Position numbers and translations under genes: made by a program. A model generated the notes under the pieces. The model made no database searches. It was not told the DNA's origin and saw nothing but the letters and a program-made list of their open reading frames with translations. Source: Amoeboaphelidium occidentale (lineage: Eukaryota). From it: 56,314 nucleotides of DNA. Every line of letters starts with the position of its first letter. Position 1 is the first letter of the stretch. The stretch spans positions 1-56,314 of the forward strand of contig JALGPX010000100.1 of the NCBI GenBank assembly GCA_023515795.1, written 5' to 3'. This document shows, piece by piece, positions 1 to 12,000 of the stretch.

Positions 1-154
1 TCACATCATCGACGGGCATGTATTTGATTCTCAGCTGCTTGCCTTCCTTTAAACAATTTAGAAAATGAACAAAGTGAGCATCATATACATGAGACTCACT
101 CTCATCTGAATTCATTGGCAAAACATGAAACACCATTCGCTTCTTCAAAGATAN

Positions 155-352
<198 letters not shown>

Positions 353-1255
353 TCAATTCACACGAAGAATTTCAAGCAGAACCATATTCGACTCTCTTCT
401 ATAGCCCAGAATTCTTTGCTTCACATCATCGACGGGCATGTATTTGATTCTCAGCTGCTTGCCTTCCTTTAAACAATTTAGAAAATGAACAAAGTGTGCA
501 TCATATACATGAGACTCACTCTCATCTGAATTCATTGGCAAAACATGAAACACCATTCGCTTCTTCAAAGATATTATTGCCCTCTTTCTAGGCTTTAACA
601 ACCATTTTAGATGCATCACAAAAGCTTCTGTAAGTTCCGGAGAATAAGTTACATCTCCCGCCAAAACGATATCAGGCTCGAAATTCAACTGTTTCAACTT
701 GCTCTGAAATTTATCCGAACTTTCTGTTAGATCAAATTGCTCAAACTTCGCCTTGCAAACGCCGTGTAGATTTCCCTGATAGTTTTGTTCAGCCAACTTC
801 AAAACGCAAGGCAAATAGTCGGTACACAATATCTCATTAGTATCGCCGATTCTCGAATGAATTATGGAAATGAAACCAACACCGCAGCCAATTTCCAATA
901 CCTTCTTACCGCGAACAGTTTCTGGTTTAGACAAGAGGTAATCAGCCATCAACAAACTTCCAGCCCAAAGTTGTAACCCGACAGAACTTAGCGGAGTAGC
1001 CATTTGATGATAAATCTTAATGCGCCACACATTCTCTTGTGTATTTCCAGATACCGGAACATCTTTTGGCTTCCGTACAACCTTCAAATCACCATCCTGG
1101 TCATGATATACACCAGTATCATGTAAAACATTAAATACACTGCATTCAGTAATCAAATGACCATTCAGCTCAAAATCTTTTGACTCAAAAAGTAACTGAG
1201 ACTTGCAGCCTTCCTTCTCTGCGTGAATTTCAGACAACACAAAATCCTCAGACAT
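353..1255 (-). CDS. METTL22-like protein-lysine methyltransferase (Methyltransf_16 family)
   Basis: Motifs VGLQLWAGSLLMADYL, VLEIGCGVG, DIVLAGDVTY; first ATG at 1255. Confidence 0.8.
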   Translation of the reverse strand: MSEDFVLSEIHAEKEGCKSQLLFESKDFELNGHLITECSVFNVLHDTGVYHDQDGDLKVVRKPKDVPVSGNTQENVWRIKIYHQMATPLSSVGLQLWAGSLLMADYLLSKPETVRGKKVLEIGCGVGFISIIHSRIGDTNEILCTDYLPCVLKLAEQNYQGNLHGVCKAKFEQFDLTESSDKFQSKLKQLNFEPDIVLAGDVTYSPELTEAFVMHLKWLLKPRKRAIISLKKRMVFHVLPMNSDESESHVYDAHFVHFLNCLKEGKQLRIKYMPVDDVKQRILGYRRESNMVLLEILRVN

Positions 1256-1269
1256 TTCTCTTGACAAAA

Positions 1270-2127
1270 ATGTTTATGCTTTTGCTTTGCGCTGTTTTGC
1301 TATGCTTCCTTACAATTGAAATACTCAAATCATATTTAACACAGAAGGGACTACAATCCTTGCGATCAAGAGATGCCGGCGACTTGAAGTTTCCTATTGT
1401 TATTGTGACTGCACATCCAGACGATGAAACCATGTTCTTTGGACCATTAATTACATCCCTGGTCTCAGGCAGAGAATATTTACGGGATCATATTTACTTG
1501 TTATGTTTATCCACAGGAGATTATGATGGTTTGGGGGAGATAAGAGTCCATGAATTCTATGATGCTTGTCAGAGATTAGGATTGCTTAATGATAACGTTA
1601 AAGTTCTTGAAGATGGCGACCTCAAAGATAATCCAAAGACAAGATGGCCTTCTGCGTTGGTATCACAGAAAGCAGAAGAATTTATCGCTTCTTATGTTGA
1701 GTACGACGAGTTGGTTGGTGGCAGCCTGTTCACATTTGATCGTAACGGAATATCAGGTCATTTAAATCACATATCAGCCAGAGAAGGTGTGCTTCATTAC
1801 GCAGACTCTTTACCGTCATCTTCAACTTCTGATGAATCTGGTTTCGATAGAACTTGGGATGTTTACGAGCTTGAGACAGTTTCAGTCTTTAGGAAATATT
1901 TAGGTGTTCTTGATTTGATATTAACTGCGTTAAATTACTTAATTTTACGCATATCAGGCAGAGATCGTGGTGTTACTTACTATTATTACTTTGCTGGTGT
2001 ATCAGAATATTTGGGAAGGGAGCTAAGAGCAATGATTGCACATGAAAGTCAGCTGGTTTGGTTCAGGTGGTTGTACATTTCCTTTTCGAGGTACATGTTG
2101 GTTAATGAATATAAGAAAATACGATAA
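1270..2127 (+). CDS. PIGL: N-acetylglucosaminyl-phosphatidylinositol de-N-acetylase (PIG-L/Gpi12)
   Basis: N-terminal TM segment; AHPDDETMFFGP, TFDRNGISGHLNH and HESQLVWFRWLYISFSRYM motifs. Confidence 0.92.
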   Translation: MFMLLLCAVLLCFLTIEILKSYLTQKGLQSLRSRDAGDLKFPIVIVTAHPDDETMFFGPLITSLVSGREYLRDHIYLLCLSTGDYDGLGEIRVHEFYDACQRLGLLNDNVKVLEDGDLKDNPKTRWPSALVSQKAEEFIASYVEYDELVGGSLFTFDRNGISGHLNHISAREGVLHYADSLPSSSTSDESGFDRTWDVYELETVSVFRKYLGVLDLILTALNYLILRISGRDRGVTYYYYFAGVSEYLGRELRAMIAHESQLVWFRWLYISFSRYMLVNEYKKIR

Positions 2128-2240
2128 GACAATTTTCTCATGAGTGAGAAATTTTGTGTGAATTTGAGGCGTCATGCTCGCGTAAGCTTTCCCCCGGCTT
2201 AAAAATCCCGTGACGATCATTCATAACTTTCTAATTAAAA

Positions 2241-2969
2241 ATGATTTTGAAATATCTACAGACTGCGTTCATTACTTTCGGTGCTTTAGAGTCACAGGTA
2301 CGCTTCAGTGATAACACAGCTGGCACTTTTGTTGCACCAACTGCAACTGATTCTCGTTCTCCTTGCCCTGCCCTGAATACCCTTGCAAACCATGGCTACA
2401 TTTCACGTGATGGTCGTAATATTCAGAAGGAAGACTTGGTTGATGCTTTGGTGAGCAAGTACAATGTTGATGCTGGAGTTACCAACACATTGGCAAATTC
2501 TGCATACGCCAAATTGAGCCAAGACGGTGGTAACACTATTGATTTGGGCTCCTTGCAATTACATGGTTTTATTGAACATGACGTCAGCACTGTTCATGAA
2601 GATACTGCCAATGGTGATAATTGGGTTCCTGTTGAAAAATATGTGAATCAGTTACTTGCTCATTCAACCGATGGTAAAGTGTTGACAATGCAGGATGTTG
2701 TTAATGCAAGACAGTTGAGACTCGAACAGTGTATGGCCAACAATAAGAACTTGACTTGGACCACAAAGGAAAAGACTACAGCGTCTGCTGAAGCTGTTTT
2801 GGCTTTGCTTGTGTTCAAGGGTGACCAGAACGAATTGCCTGTAAGTTATGCTCGTTCATTCTTTTTGGAGGAAAGGTTCCCAGATGATTACAAGAGTCCA
2901 AAGTCCTCAATCGGTTGGGTTAAAATCGGTGCTTGCTTGGCAAAATATGCGGCTACTTTCCCAAATTAA
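2241..2969 (+). CDS. Heme-thiolate peroxidase / short unspecific peroxygenase (Peroxidase_2)
   Basis: RSPCPALNTLANHG (proximal Cys PCP motif) and IEHDVS (EHD motif). Confidence 0.9.
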   Translation: MILKYLQTAFITFGALESQVRFSDNTAGTFVAPTATDSRSPCPALNTLANHGYISRDGRNIQKEDLVDALVSKYNVDAGVTNTLANSAYAKLSQDGGNTIDLGSLQLHGFIEHDVSTVHEDTANGDNWVPVEKYVNQLLAHSTDGKVLTMQDVVNARQLRLEQCMANNKNLTWTTKEKTTASAEAVLALLVFKGDQNELPVSYARSFFLEERFPDDYKSPKSSIGWVKIGACLAKYAATFPN

Positions 2970-3009
2970 TGCTTTTAAGCATTAGAGAAATGTAATAAAT
3001 AATTTTGAT

Positions 3010-3726
3010 CTATTTCGTGTACTTGTCCACAGAATAATTGCAAAACAATGAGAATTCATTGGATAGTCGATTCTTATGCTTTGGCTTGAATTGTTGCTCG
3101 ACGCAAGTTAAACCGACTTCGCTCTGCTTCAAATGCTGCGCCATAACTGAACCGGTGCACACCAATAGTACAGACTCTTCTTTGCTTTTCATTAAATACT
3201 CGACAGTCTTCAAAGTCTTTGCTAAGCATTCTTCACTTAGGAAAGGAGGATCTATCAGAACAATATCGACGCACTTCTCCTCCAAAGACAAATTATTCAG
3301 AGGTTCATTGTAATCGTAATGGATAAATTGTTCTTTGAAAACGTTAAAGCGATCATCGTATTCGTACAGGAACGTGTTCTTCTTTGCTGAACTTTGTTTG
3401 CAATACGACTGCCAATATTTAAGGAATGCGCTTGGTGAGCTGATGAATAGAACTCTTCCTTCGCCATTAAAACGCTCCACATTAATTCCGTTAACGATAT
3501 CAGCCAAAGTCTGCGCTGTTTCTTCTGAATACCAAAACTGCGATAATTGCCAGTCTTCTTGGAATAGATCAATTGATACTTCTATCTCCTCGCATTCATT
3601 CAAAGGCTTTTCGCGTAGCATTTCCATTTTCTTTTGCAGCTCCTCTTGTTCCTTATAGAATGACTGAAGAGCCATCAGAGTTTCCGTGGATAATTTGATA
3701 TCATCATCATTCTCGGCAACCGTCAT
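3010..3726 (-). CDS. EFM5: eEF1A lysine methyltransferase (EEF1AKMT1/N6AMT2/Efm5)
   Basis: LSTETLMALQSF, EDWQLSQFWYS, YEYDDRF, DPPFLSEECL and HKNRLSNEF motifs. Confidence 0.9.
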   Translation of the reverse strand: MTVAENDDDIKLSTETLMALQSFYKEQEELQKKMEMLREKPLNECEEIEVSIDLFQEDWQLSQFWYSEETAQTLADIVNGINVERFNGEGRVLFISSPSAFLKYWQSYCKQSSAKKNTFLYEYDDRFNVFKEQFIHYDYNEPLNNLSLEEKCVDIVLIDPPFLSEECLAKTLKTVEYLMKSKEESVLLVCTGSVMAQHLKQSEVGLTCVEQQFKPKHKNRLSNEFSLFCNYSVDKYTK

Positions 3727-3765
3727 GTTGAGCTTTCAAAAAAGGTGAACTTTATTCCTTCTGTA

Positions 3766-4840
3766 TCACTCAATAAATTCTACAATTTCATAAACGCAGT
3801 CATAAGGAATCGCATTAACACGACGAGTGTAATCATTCTCAATAAGAACCTTCATATGTTCTGGTGAAGCATCAACTTCGCGACCACGAACCATTTCCGG
3901 TTGTGTCATCAAGTGTTTTACAATTCCTGTTGTTTCATTACCGCCAGGATGGTACAATACACGGGTACTAGCCTTCAAATTAGTAATATTCATTTTTCCG
4001 GAAACCTCCAACACAGTACCTGGCTGTGTAGGAAAGAGTCTAACAATATCTCTTGTGTGAACAACATGTTCAGTAGAATTCATCTCATTGAACATATGAT
4101 ACTCCGGTGTGGAATACTGTGATGGATAGTGAACCTTGAATATTTTCCCAATGTACTCCTTGACACTCCCATCACTTTCTTTGATAAGGTACATTACACG
4201 CATTCCTGCTTTCAAATCTGTTTCGTGCAAGTTCTCGTCCAAGACATGAGAACCCAACTCCTGAACAACATCAGTAGCCCTAAAAGGAGTCTGGATTCTT
4301 GTGTGTTCATTCTCAACTAAAACCCAAGGATCTTTCTCTGATGCACAAACCATATGTGGCTTTGTTCCAACTTGTTCGATTCCAGTGATCAACCTCTGAA
4401 ACTTCCCAATAGCTAGACCAGACTTTTTACCAGCAGGATGGTACAACACGCCTACAAGAGAATTTAGTAGATGAAGACTGATGTGAACAGGATTTCTTAC
4501 GAGCACCTGGTTTTAACTCGTTTGGATTTACAGCTGAAGTGACTTTGATATCAGGCCCGTAAGCGTTTATGATATGGTGTGCACTGAACGGCGTTTCTTT
4601 GTGGGTTCTCTCATTACGAATAAGATAGTGTGGATTTCCTTCATTCGCATCAACAAAGCGTTCTGTGGTTCCAGCAAAGCAAGGCTGCGTTAAAACTTTT
4701 GTGATGATGCCCAATGCTTCACCACGTCCTTCAACACTATCAGTTGAATTGTATAGAACATGTGTTCCTGGCTTCAATTCCTCAGGACTGAACTCTTTCT
4801 TGATTCTAACTCTTCTGTATACTTCTTCTGGAATTGTCAT
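3766..4840 (-). CDS. Protein with four tandem Hva1/DUF2945-like Tudor repeats
   Basis: Two ORFs joined by intron 4452-4500 (gtaag...tgtag); four repeats of the pattern LKxGxRVLY...GxI..V...P.Y.IxNExT. Confidence 0.65.
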
Positions 4841-4889
4841 CTTTTCTGTTTCAAACAAAAAATCGCGGTTTCAGATTAAGGTTTGACAT

Positions 4890-7037
4890 CTATTCGTACG
4901 GCACAAAAGGTCCTCCAGATATCAATAAATTCCTATTTGTGAACTGCACTTTGTGTACAGGTGTTCTTTTCGTTGGGAATACTGAGGCTACTTCTCCATA
5001 GGCTTCATCCTTGTCGCTACCACCATCTTTCGAGGAGGACGAACCAAGTTTAATGTTGAACACAACTACTCGTCCGTTACCGAAACCAGCTGCAAGAGAG
5101 CCACTGTCCTTGCTGAAATCCAAAGAAAAGCAAGAACTCACATCGTATTCACTAGCATGGCCTTTTCCTGACTGCTTAGCTGCGCCATGCATTAAAGTTC
5201 CATCAATACCAAATCTACATACAACTCTGCCAGAGCTTAGCTCCCACACAACAACAGAACCATCATCCCCACCAGAAGCGAGCATTTTACCATCAGGACT
5301 CATTGCAAGAGCCATTATTGTACCAGTTTTTGAAGGATGACCACCAAACACTTGACCATTCACATTCATGTTATAAGTTGATGTGAACAATCTGACACAT
5401 TTTCCTTGATGGATATCCCATAATCTTATAGTCTTATCCGAAGAGCCCGTGGCCAAATAATTGCAGTTTGGATGAAATTTTACGCAATCGACATCAGACA
5501 AGTGTCCTGCAAATATACGAACAGGCGTTGTTCGTTCCAATGACCACAGTCTAGCAGTTCTATCATGACTTCCAGTAGCAAAATAATAACTCTGTGCTGA
5601 TATATCTACGCTCCAAATAGGATAATTGTGACCTCTGTAAACCACCAAATTTGTATAAGTATCCAAACCCCAAAGTCTCGCTAAAAGATTTAGCAGTAAG
5701 GCAAGAAAATTTTTTACCTGTTCCGTCTTCAGATCCAGAAATTAGGTACTTGTCATCTGGACTGAAACAACAATCATAAACAGGACCACTATGTCCAATT
5801 AGTCGTTTGCTCATATCGCCATTCTGTTCATAACCTGTAAGTTTATCTTCACTCTCAAAGTCTCCAGCTGTATATTCTGTGCTACCTTTCAAAGTCCTCA
5901 ATGGCTCATCAGTCAATGAGAATATTCTCAAGTAACTCTCTTCGAATCCCAAAGCCATGCGCTCCATGTTTGAAGAGAATGACATACATGTTAATGAGTC
6001 GAATGAATTATGAACTGTATACATGACACTAGAAACCTTCCTATCTTCGCTGAAAGCAACGCGATGCCTTAAATCTAAAATCGCATCAACTTCCTTCAGC
6101 ACGTCAATATTTGTTTTTGGTGGCTGAGGTACAACTTCATCAATAGGAGGCGCTCTATCCAAAGCCATCGATGCTTTATGCTTCTTGTATAAATCAACAA
6201 CTTCAGAATGCTCAATAACTTCCGAACCACCCTGTGTTGTCTTTGCTAAATGCTTTTCTACAATTTCCTTATAATGCCTTTCTGGTGGAACTTTTCCTTC
6301 ATAGAAATTTCCCTGATTAACTTTCATAATTTCTTGACTCGTGTGACCCGATATTCCAATACCAACTTCCTGTTTCATTGATTCTACAGGCTTTGTAGAG
6401 TAAATCTTGACATTTAAATACTGATTGACAAGTTTCAAAAGAGTCTTGTAGTGATTATCCATAAGAAACGACAGGAGCAACTCAAAGGCATATGACGACA
6501 TTATCAAAGTGTACTTATTCTGTCTAAATAACGATGAAGTTGAATTCTGCTGGACGTGTGCGGGAGTAGAGATCGATTGCAATTGAGTGATATCAGAAGG
6601 AAACTCATCCTTATAGTCATTCTTGTAAGCATCAAAGAACTTTACAGCTTCAGCGTGATAGCCACGTGACATTAAATCCAGATAAGTATGAACGAATAGC
6701 GGATACAAAACGCCCTGTAATTCTGACTTGTACAAATCCAGTGAATCTTCTGTAAATCTACACATAATTAGACACTTTCCTCTAAACCCTCACAGGAACA
6801 GCCTTACCTGACTAAACTATTGTAACTCTCAACGATCGCATTCGCAGTTTCCTGTTGCCCAATATTCTGCGATAAACCTGTGCCCTGAGCATCCAATAGA
6901 ATTTGTGAGTCAAAAATGAACTCATCCAGACTGTGCAATTCACTAAAGAATGCGTTCTCTGTCGCTTTAAATCCGCGGCTGTGAAGGTAATTCAGAATCG
7001 CCTGGTTCCATTTTTCCTTTGGCAGCTGCAGTGACAT
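4890..7037 (-). CDS. TAF5: TFIID subunit TAF5 (LisH, NTD2, WD40)
   Basis: LisH-like ILNYLHSRGF, NTD2 LYPLFVHTYLDL, WD40 VYRGHNYPIWSV and FHPNCNYLATGSSDKT; introns ~6758-6807 and ~5681-5717. Confidence 0.92.
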
Positions 7038-7062
7038 TTCTTTTCTACTAAGAGAGTCGCTG

Positions 7063-7389
7063 ATGATCAGGAGAAGAATTTTAGAGGAAATCGAAAAGCA
7101 ATTCACGTCATTTGGCAGTACGCGGAATTTAGCGTGGCAGCAGTGCTTCTCCGGGGATAATGCTTTCAAGAGCGAAAAGCATGAGCAAGACTTTTTGACA
7201 TATCTGGAATCTACACGAAAGCATAAAGAGCTTGTTGATTTATATTTCCCTTTCCGGAACGTTACGGAATCTCATAAAGTGGAGAGTGCTGCTAAGAGGG
7301 TTGGTCTAGACCTTCCAAAGGTTCTTTTGGGCGATGTTAACGGAGAAGTGCAAGAAAGTGTCCCAAAAGCTCAAAGCTGTGCGAAATAA
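7063..7389 (+). CDS. FMC1: FMC1/C7orf55-like mitochondrial ATP synthase assembly factor
   Basis: FLTYLESTRKHKELVDLY and VESAAKRVGLDLP motifs. Confidence 0.7.
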   Translation: MIRRRILEEIEKQFTSFGSTRNLAWQQCFSGDNAFKSEKHEQDFLTYLESTRKHKELVDLYFPFRNVTESHKVESAAKRVGLDLPKVLLGDVNGEVQESVPKAQSCAK

Positions 7390-7416
7390 TAATAAAATCT
7401 CCTATACGCTTTATTT

Positions 7417-8901
7417 TTATTCCGTTTCCATTCCCAATATTGAAGCGTCTTCACAACGTAACACTTCGACGTCTTTGGAATTAGATGCCTTGTAAATAAC
7501 ATACAGAGCATCATCCATTTTCAAGAACAGTTCGCACCATGACTTGCATATACCCCAACAATGTCTTAAATCAACACCACATTGTCTTGCAAATTCTGTT
7601 GGATTATAGAATTGTACTCCAAGAAGATTGTATCCTTTCTGCGGACTCAATGGACTGATTCTGGACATGTAACCAATCTTCATTTGATCAGAACCTGTTA
7701 GAATGGACTGCAGGATAAATCTCTGCAGTTTCCACGCATTGGATTTCAACTCAGTGATCAGAATGCTTCCTCTTTGAGCGTCTATGCGTTGTTTCCAGTC
7801 GGTGTACGGTAGCAATGCGCCTGTTGCGTCAATCTTGTACTGTTCCAGTAGCGCAAACAATGACACAAATTGTGTTGATGATAGCATGGTATCATAATGG
7901 CACTTCACATGCATTTCAATATCTCCACTTGCTTCAGATGTCCATTTGAATACCCTGTAGACTGCGTTTGGATAAGGTTCCGTAGAGTCTTCCTTGTTGT
8001 CCTTGGAGAACTTTAACTCGCTTCCATCAGATTTAAGCGTGACAGCCTCTTTGAACTTGCTTTGAATTAAAGTTGACTCCAAAGAGAAGGAGTATGGCGA
8101 GCAAACATGTTCGTCATTGTCTCCATCAACAGCGTACAGACTCAACATGGAATCCTTGCGAATATCAAACCAGATTCTGAACTTATCGCCAACTGCTTCC
8201 TTCTTAACAACAATGTCCCACGTGTTTGTGGATTTCATGCATGTCATCAAAGCACTCAGAACCTCAGCAGAAATGAAGACCAAATTGTTATCAGATTTAA
8301 CACTTTTGAAGTATTCATCCTCAAACACGGAAGTAACAGGCACAGGAACATCATCAGCAGAAATAGCAGATACGGTCTTGTCAGATTTAGCATTAATACG
8401 ATCAGAAACTCTGTCGTACATTCGAACGGAACCTGTTTGCTTAACATTTTGCTCAGCTTCGACTTCATCAGATTCTAATTTTGCTATTCCAGCCATTGGA
8501 TACTTTTCAATGCGTTCCAAACTTTCCATGGGTAAAGCGGAAACCGGAGCCAAATCTGTCCAGTGTGAAGGGCGTTTAATGACTTTCCTCTTGCTGACAG
8601 GAGCCCTTGCTTGCGATGATGTCGTGGATTTCTTGTAAGTCTTCTTTAGAACAACTGACGGAAGAACGCGTACAGCGGAGTAGGACTCATCATCAGAATG
8701 AACGTAAGAGAATGTTGCGTTAGTAGATTGTTCTTGCGCTCCAGGAGCAGCTGCTTTTCTCGGCAACGATTCGTAAAAGTCAGAATGCTTGTAAACTTTG
8801 TCTGCTCTTGAGTACAAAGCGAAAGGGATTTGGCGCATATGTTTTGGGATTGATGCCTCTGTTGGGCCAAAATCATCTGTAGCTTGGATTTTAAATGTCA
8901 T
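7417..8901 (-). CDS. EIF3D: Eukaryotic translation initiation factor 3 subunit D
   Basis: N-terminal FGP, IPFALYSRADK, DWKQRIDAQRGSILITELKSN and SDQMKIGYMSR motifs; ATG at 8901. Confidence 0.88.
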   Translation of the reverse strand: MTFKIQATDDFGPTEASIPKHMRQIPFALYSRADKVYKHSDFYESLPRKAAAPGAQEQSTNATFSYVHSDDESYSAVRVLPSVVLKKTYKKSTTSSQARAPVSKRKVIKRPSHWTDLAPVSALPMESLERIEKYPMAGIAKLESDEVEAEQNVKQTGSVRMYDRVSDRINAKSDKTVSAISADDVPVPVTSVFEDEYFKSVKSDNNLVFISAEVLSALMTCMKSTNTWDIVVKKEAVGDKFRIWFDIRKDSMLSLYAVDGDNDEHVCSPYSFSLESTLIQSKFKEAVTLKSDGSELKFSKDNKEDSTEPYPNAVYRVFKWTSEASGDIEMHVKCHYDTMLSSTQFVSLFALLEQYKIDATGALLPYTDWKQRIDAQRGSILITELKSNAWKLQRFILQSILTGSDQMKIGYMSRISPLSPQKGYNLLGVQFYNPTEFARQCGVDLRHCWGICKSWCELFLKMDDALYVIYKASNSKDVEVLRCEDASILGMETE

Positions 8902-8947
8902 TTTCTTGATTCTGGAAAAAATGGGTTTTGGAGCTTGTCTATTGTTC

Positions 8948-10528
8948 TCAGTTGACACCAAAGAAACGGACCATCACAGATTCATAATTAGATGGAACAA
9001 CGTCCGGTTCGTTTTGGTAAAGGGTCATCATAAGACCCATTGATAATGAGAATAGTACTACTTCTCCATATGGTAATGCCTTGACATAACCTTTATCTAC
9101 CATGATGTTCCACAGAGATTCAAGCGCTCTTGGAAAACAATAAAGAGCCAATTCAAGTCTTCTGCTTTTTGGTTGTTCGAGAATAACTGTTGAGCCACTT
9201 AAAAATCCATTGAGAAGATATGCAAGTTTCGTTTCTGTTCCAGTTAAATGTCTCAAGTAACACGGCGGTAACCAAGCTATAGCTGCAAATACAGTGATAA
9301 ACGTAGAAGATCTTATAGAAGAAGTTATGATTCTTTTGATGTACTCCTTAGGATCTTTCAAAAGCTTGTCTGATTTCCACAACAATATCATCGCAATGTT
9401 CAGTGGCAAGTAAATTTTCATCGTTTTAGGGAAACATCTAAACGCATAAAGCATAGAAGCATAAGTGCAAGATGTAGTTTTTGGATGACAAATAGCGCAC
9501 CATTCATACTTGTGTGTGTTTGCAATTAGAGGATCTGTGAATGCCAACGGAGCTTGGGCTGGAGATAAAGTCGACCAAATGTATTGAAACACATTTTGGA
9601 AAATCGCTTGAGCAGGAGACTTGCTTAAAGCATGGGATAACATCGTTTGACTTGATTCCAGAAGAGGTGTAATGATTTCTTTTGGTGGCTCATTTTGATT
9701 AGATATTGAACTAAGACAACTCATTGCTGTTCTTGCCTTAGGGCCCCAAGAAGATTGTAAATCAGCCAAATTATAAATCCAATTGTAATAAGATCTAGCA
9801 AGAGATTTTGGATACGACATGAAAGCGTAAATAATCTGAACATTAACCAAAGCCATCAGCAAAGTGTCGCCATGTTTCCAGTTCGGAACCAAACGACGCT
9901 TCATTAAAGCATTGTACCCCATTTGCAATGATCTAGTAGACAAATACATAGCCACTGCAACTCTGCGATCCTTTGAATCGATTGCGAGAGCTAAGCCAGA
10001 AATACATCCAGCAATGAAACCATTCAAATGATCGTCAGTGTCTCTAAGTTTTCTCAAGAAACAGTTAAGTCCTTTAAACCCGCCAATGAACACACCAAAG
10101 AATGAAGCGAATCGGAAGGTATCAGCATCAAACAGTGTAAAGATCAACGAAGGTTTCTGCCGTAATCTTCCAGTTATCAATGCCTGAACTAATCCAACAA
10201 GATATTTTACAGCGTACGCACTTATAAATGCCCTCAACCCACCCCTGAAACAATTACTGTTGCATCTATACGTTGAGTTTAATCAGCGCTCTATCAAACG
10301 AAAACAGAACCTTCCCTCGTGCTTACAATGTCTGCGCTTCTCCTTTTCCGCTTCAATTTCAAGTTTCTTTAAATTTAAAGAAGACAGCTCCCTGACCTTT
10401 TCGCTGAAATTCCGGACACTGCGGACGAGGGCTTCAGTCTCTTGATCAGTTAAGGCGAGTGCCAAAGTCTCAGCGATCTTTTCGATGAAGAGTTCCCAGG
10501 TGTTCAGCACAGCATTCTTTACTGACAT
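8948..10528 (-). CDS. TMEM135/PMP52-like membrane protein
   Basis: SRRLELALYCFPRALES and ICHPKTTSC motifs; intron 10266-10310 joins the two ORFs in frame. Confidence 0.85.
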
Positions 10529-10816
10529 TCTTTAATTTGAGAAGCGAAGTATTAACGAATTCTTTTAAAAGATGAGTGGATTGTCGGAATATATCAGCTC
10601 AGCCACTCAAACAACAGGGAAAAGTTTGAACAGCGACTTGACAGTGTTGAATTGGAAGCTGTTAGTAGACGGAATTAATTGAATAACGTGCACTTGAAAT
10701 TCCTATAAGATTAAGGACGAAAGCTTGGTTGCAACTCGGTCTGGGCATATAAATAGTCTATAAATAGCTCTTACAAGCCAATTAATGACTCGCTCCCAAG
10801 CTACTTTGTCCTTCCA

Positions 10817-11979
10817 ATGAGCTTTCTATTCAAGAGATCATCGACGGCGTCTGTAAAAGAAGGAGCTACACCTCTTACACTGTTTGATGCTTTGGAAGGT
10901 ATATGATCTCGGTGAAACTAGAATCCTATAATGATTGTAGTATCAAAAGCATCACCTGCACTGGACTATCGTAAAGATATTGTACTTAAAGACAAGATTG
11001 CAGAGGGTGGAGCGGCAGTTATACATCTGGCAACCATCAAAACAGCCAAAATGCGAAATAGGCTTAATATGGGAGAGAAAGAGCAGGTGGTGGTGAAGAT
11101 TCTAAAAGGTACACTTTATTGTGGCTCTTTCATTAATGCTTTTACAACATAGAACCTCCTAATGTTGAAAAAGATAAGATCAAACCTGCGTTCCAACAAG
11201 AGGTTGCGCTAATGTGGCTATTGGGACAACAGAGACACTTCATCCGACTGCTTGGATACTGTAACGAGCCTATGACATTTGTTACAAAGCATTATGAATT
11301 CGGGTCATTATCAGATGCGATACATCAAAAGAGCAACGTTATTCCAGAAGACAAATGGGACAGTGAGTTCCTCTATCGTGTTTCAAGTGATATAGCACAA
11401 GCCATCTTCGAGATGCATAATAGGGGAATAATACACAACGAGTAAGTATCCATTTTAAAAGTGATTTTTAGCATCAAACCTGCAAATATGCTACTTGAGA
11501 AGGATGAATACGGTCATTTTATGGCGGTTTTATGTGATTTTGGTATCGCGTCAATTGTCAGTAATCCAGTACTTGGAATAATGACGTTCGGAATGAGCAA
11601 AGCTAGAGGTGCTTCCGCTGCATATGCGGCACCTGAAGTGTTTACAAGATTACGAACAGGCAAAGGTCCAGAACATCCTGATTTGAAAAAGGCAGCTGAT
11701 ATTTATGCATTTGGTATATCTACTCACGAATTCATAAACAGACAACAACCATGGAATAACACACTCAAGAAGAGTACAGACATAGAAAAGGCTGTATTAG
11801 ACGGTTTACGACCACAACTCTCAGACGAAATTAAGGCGAAAAAAGAAAATGATAAGACTCTTGCCTTCTTATGCTCCACAATGGAACTGTGTTGGCTACA
11901 AAATGCAGCTGCTAGGCCTACTGCAGAATCTTTGTCTAAAACGTTTCAAGCTTTCAATCCTTATCGCCCAATTGCATGA
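10817..11979 (+). CDS. TKL-like Ser/Thr protein kinase without ectodomain
   Basis: Four exons reconstructed (MSFLFKRSS...); IAEGGAAVI, VVVK, HNDIKPAN across a splice junction, CDFG, APE, ARPT. Confidence 0.85.
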
Positions 11980-12000
11980 TTTTCTCTAAGCAAGTATTCC

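Noticed and set aside
10529..10816. Intergenic stretch with a short GAGTGG...CCACTC stem
   Set aside because: No tRNA or snRNA hallmarks; likely just the divergent promoter region.
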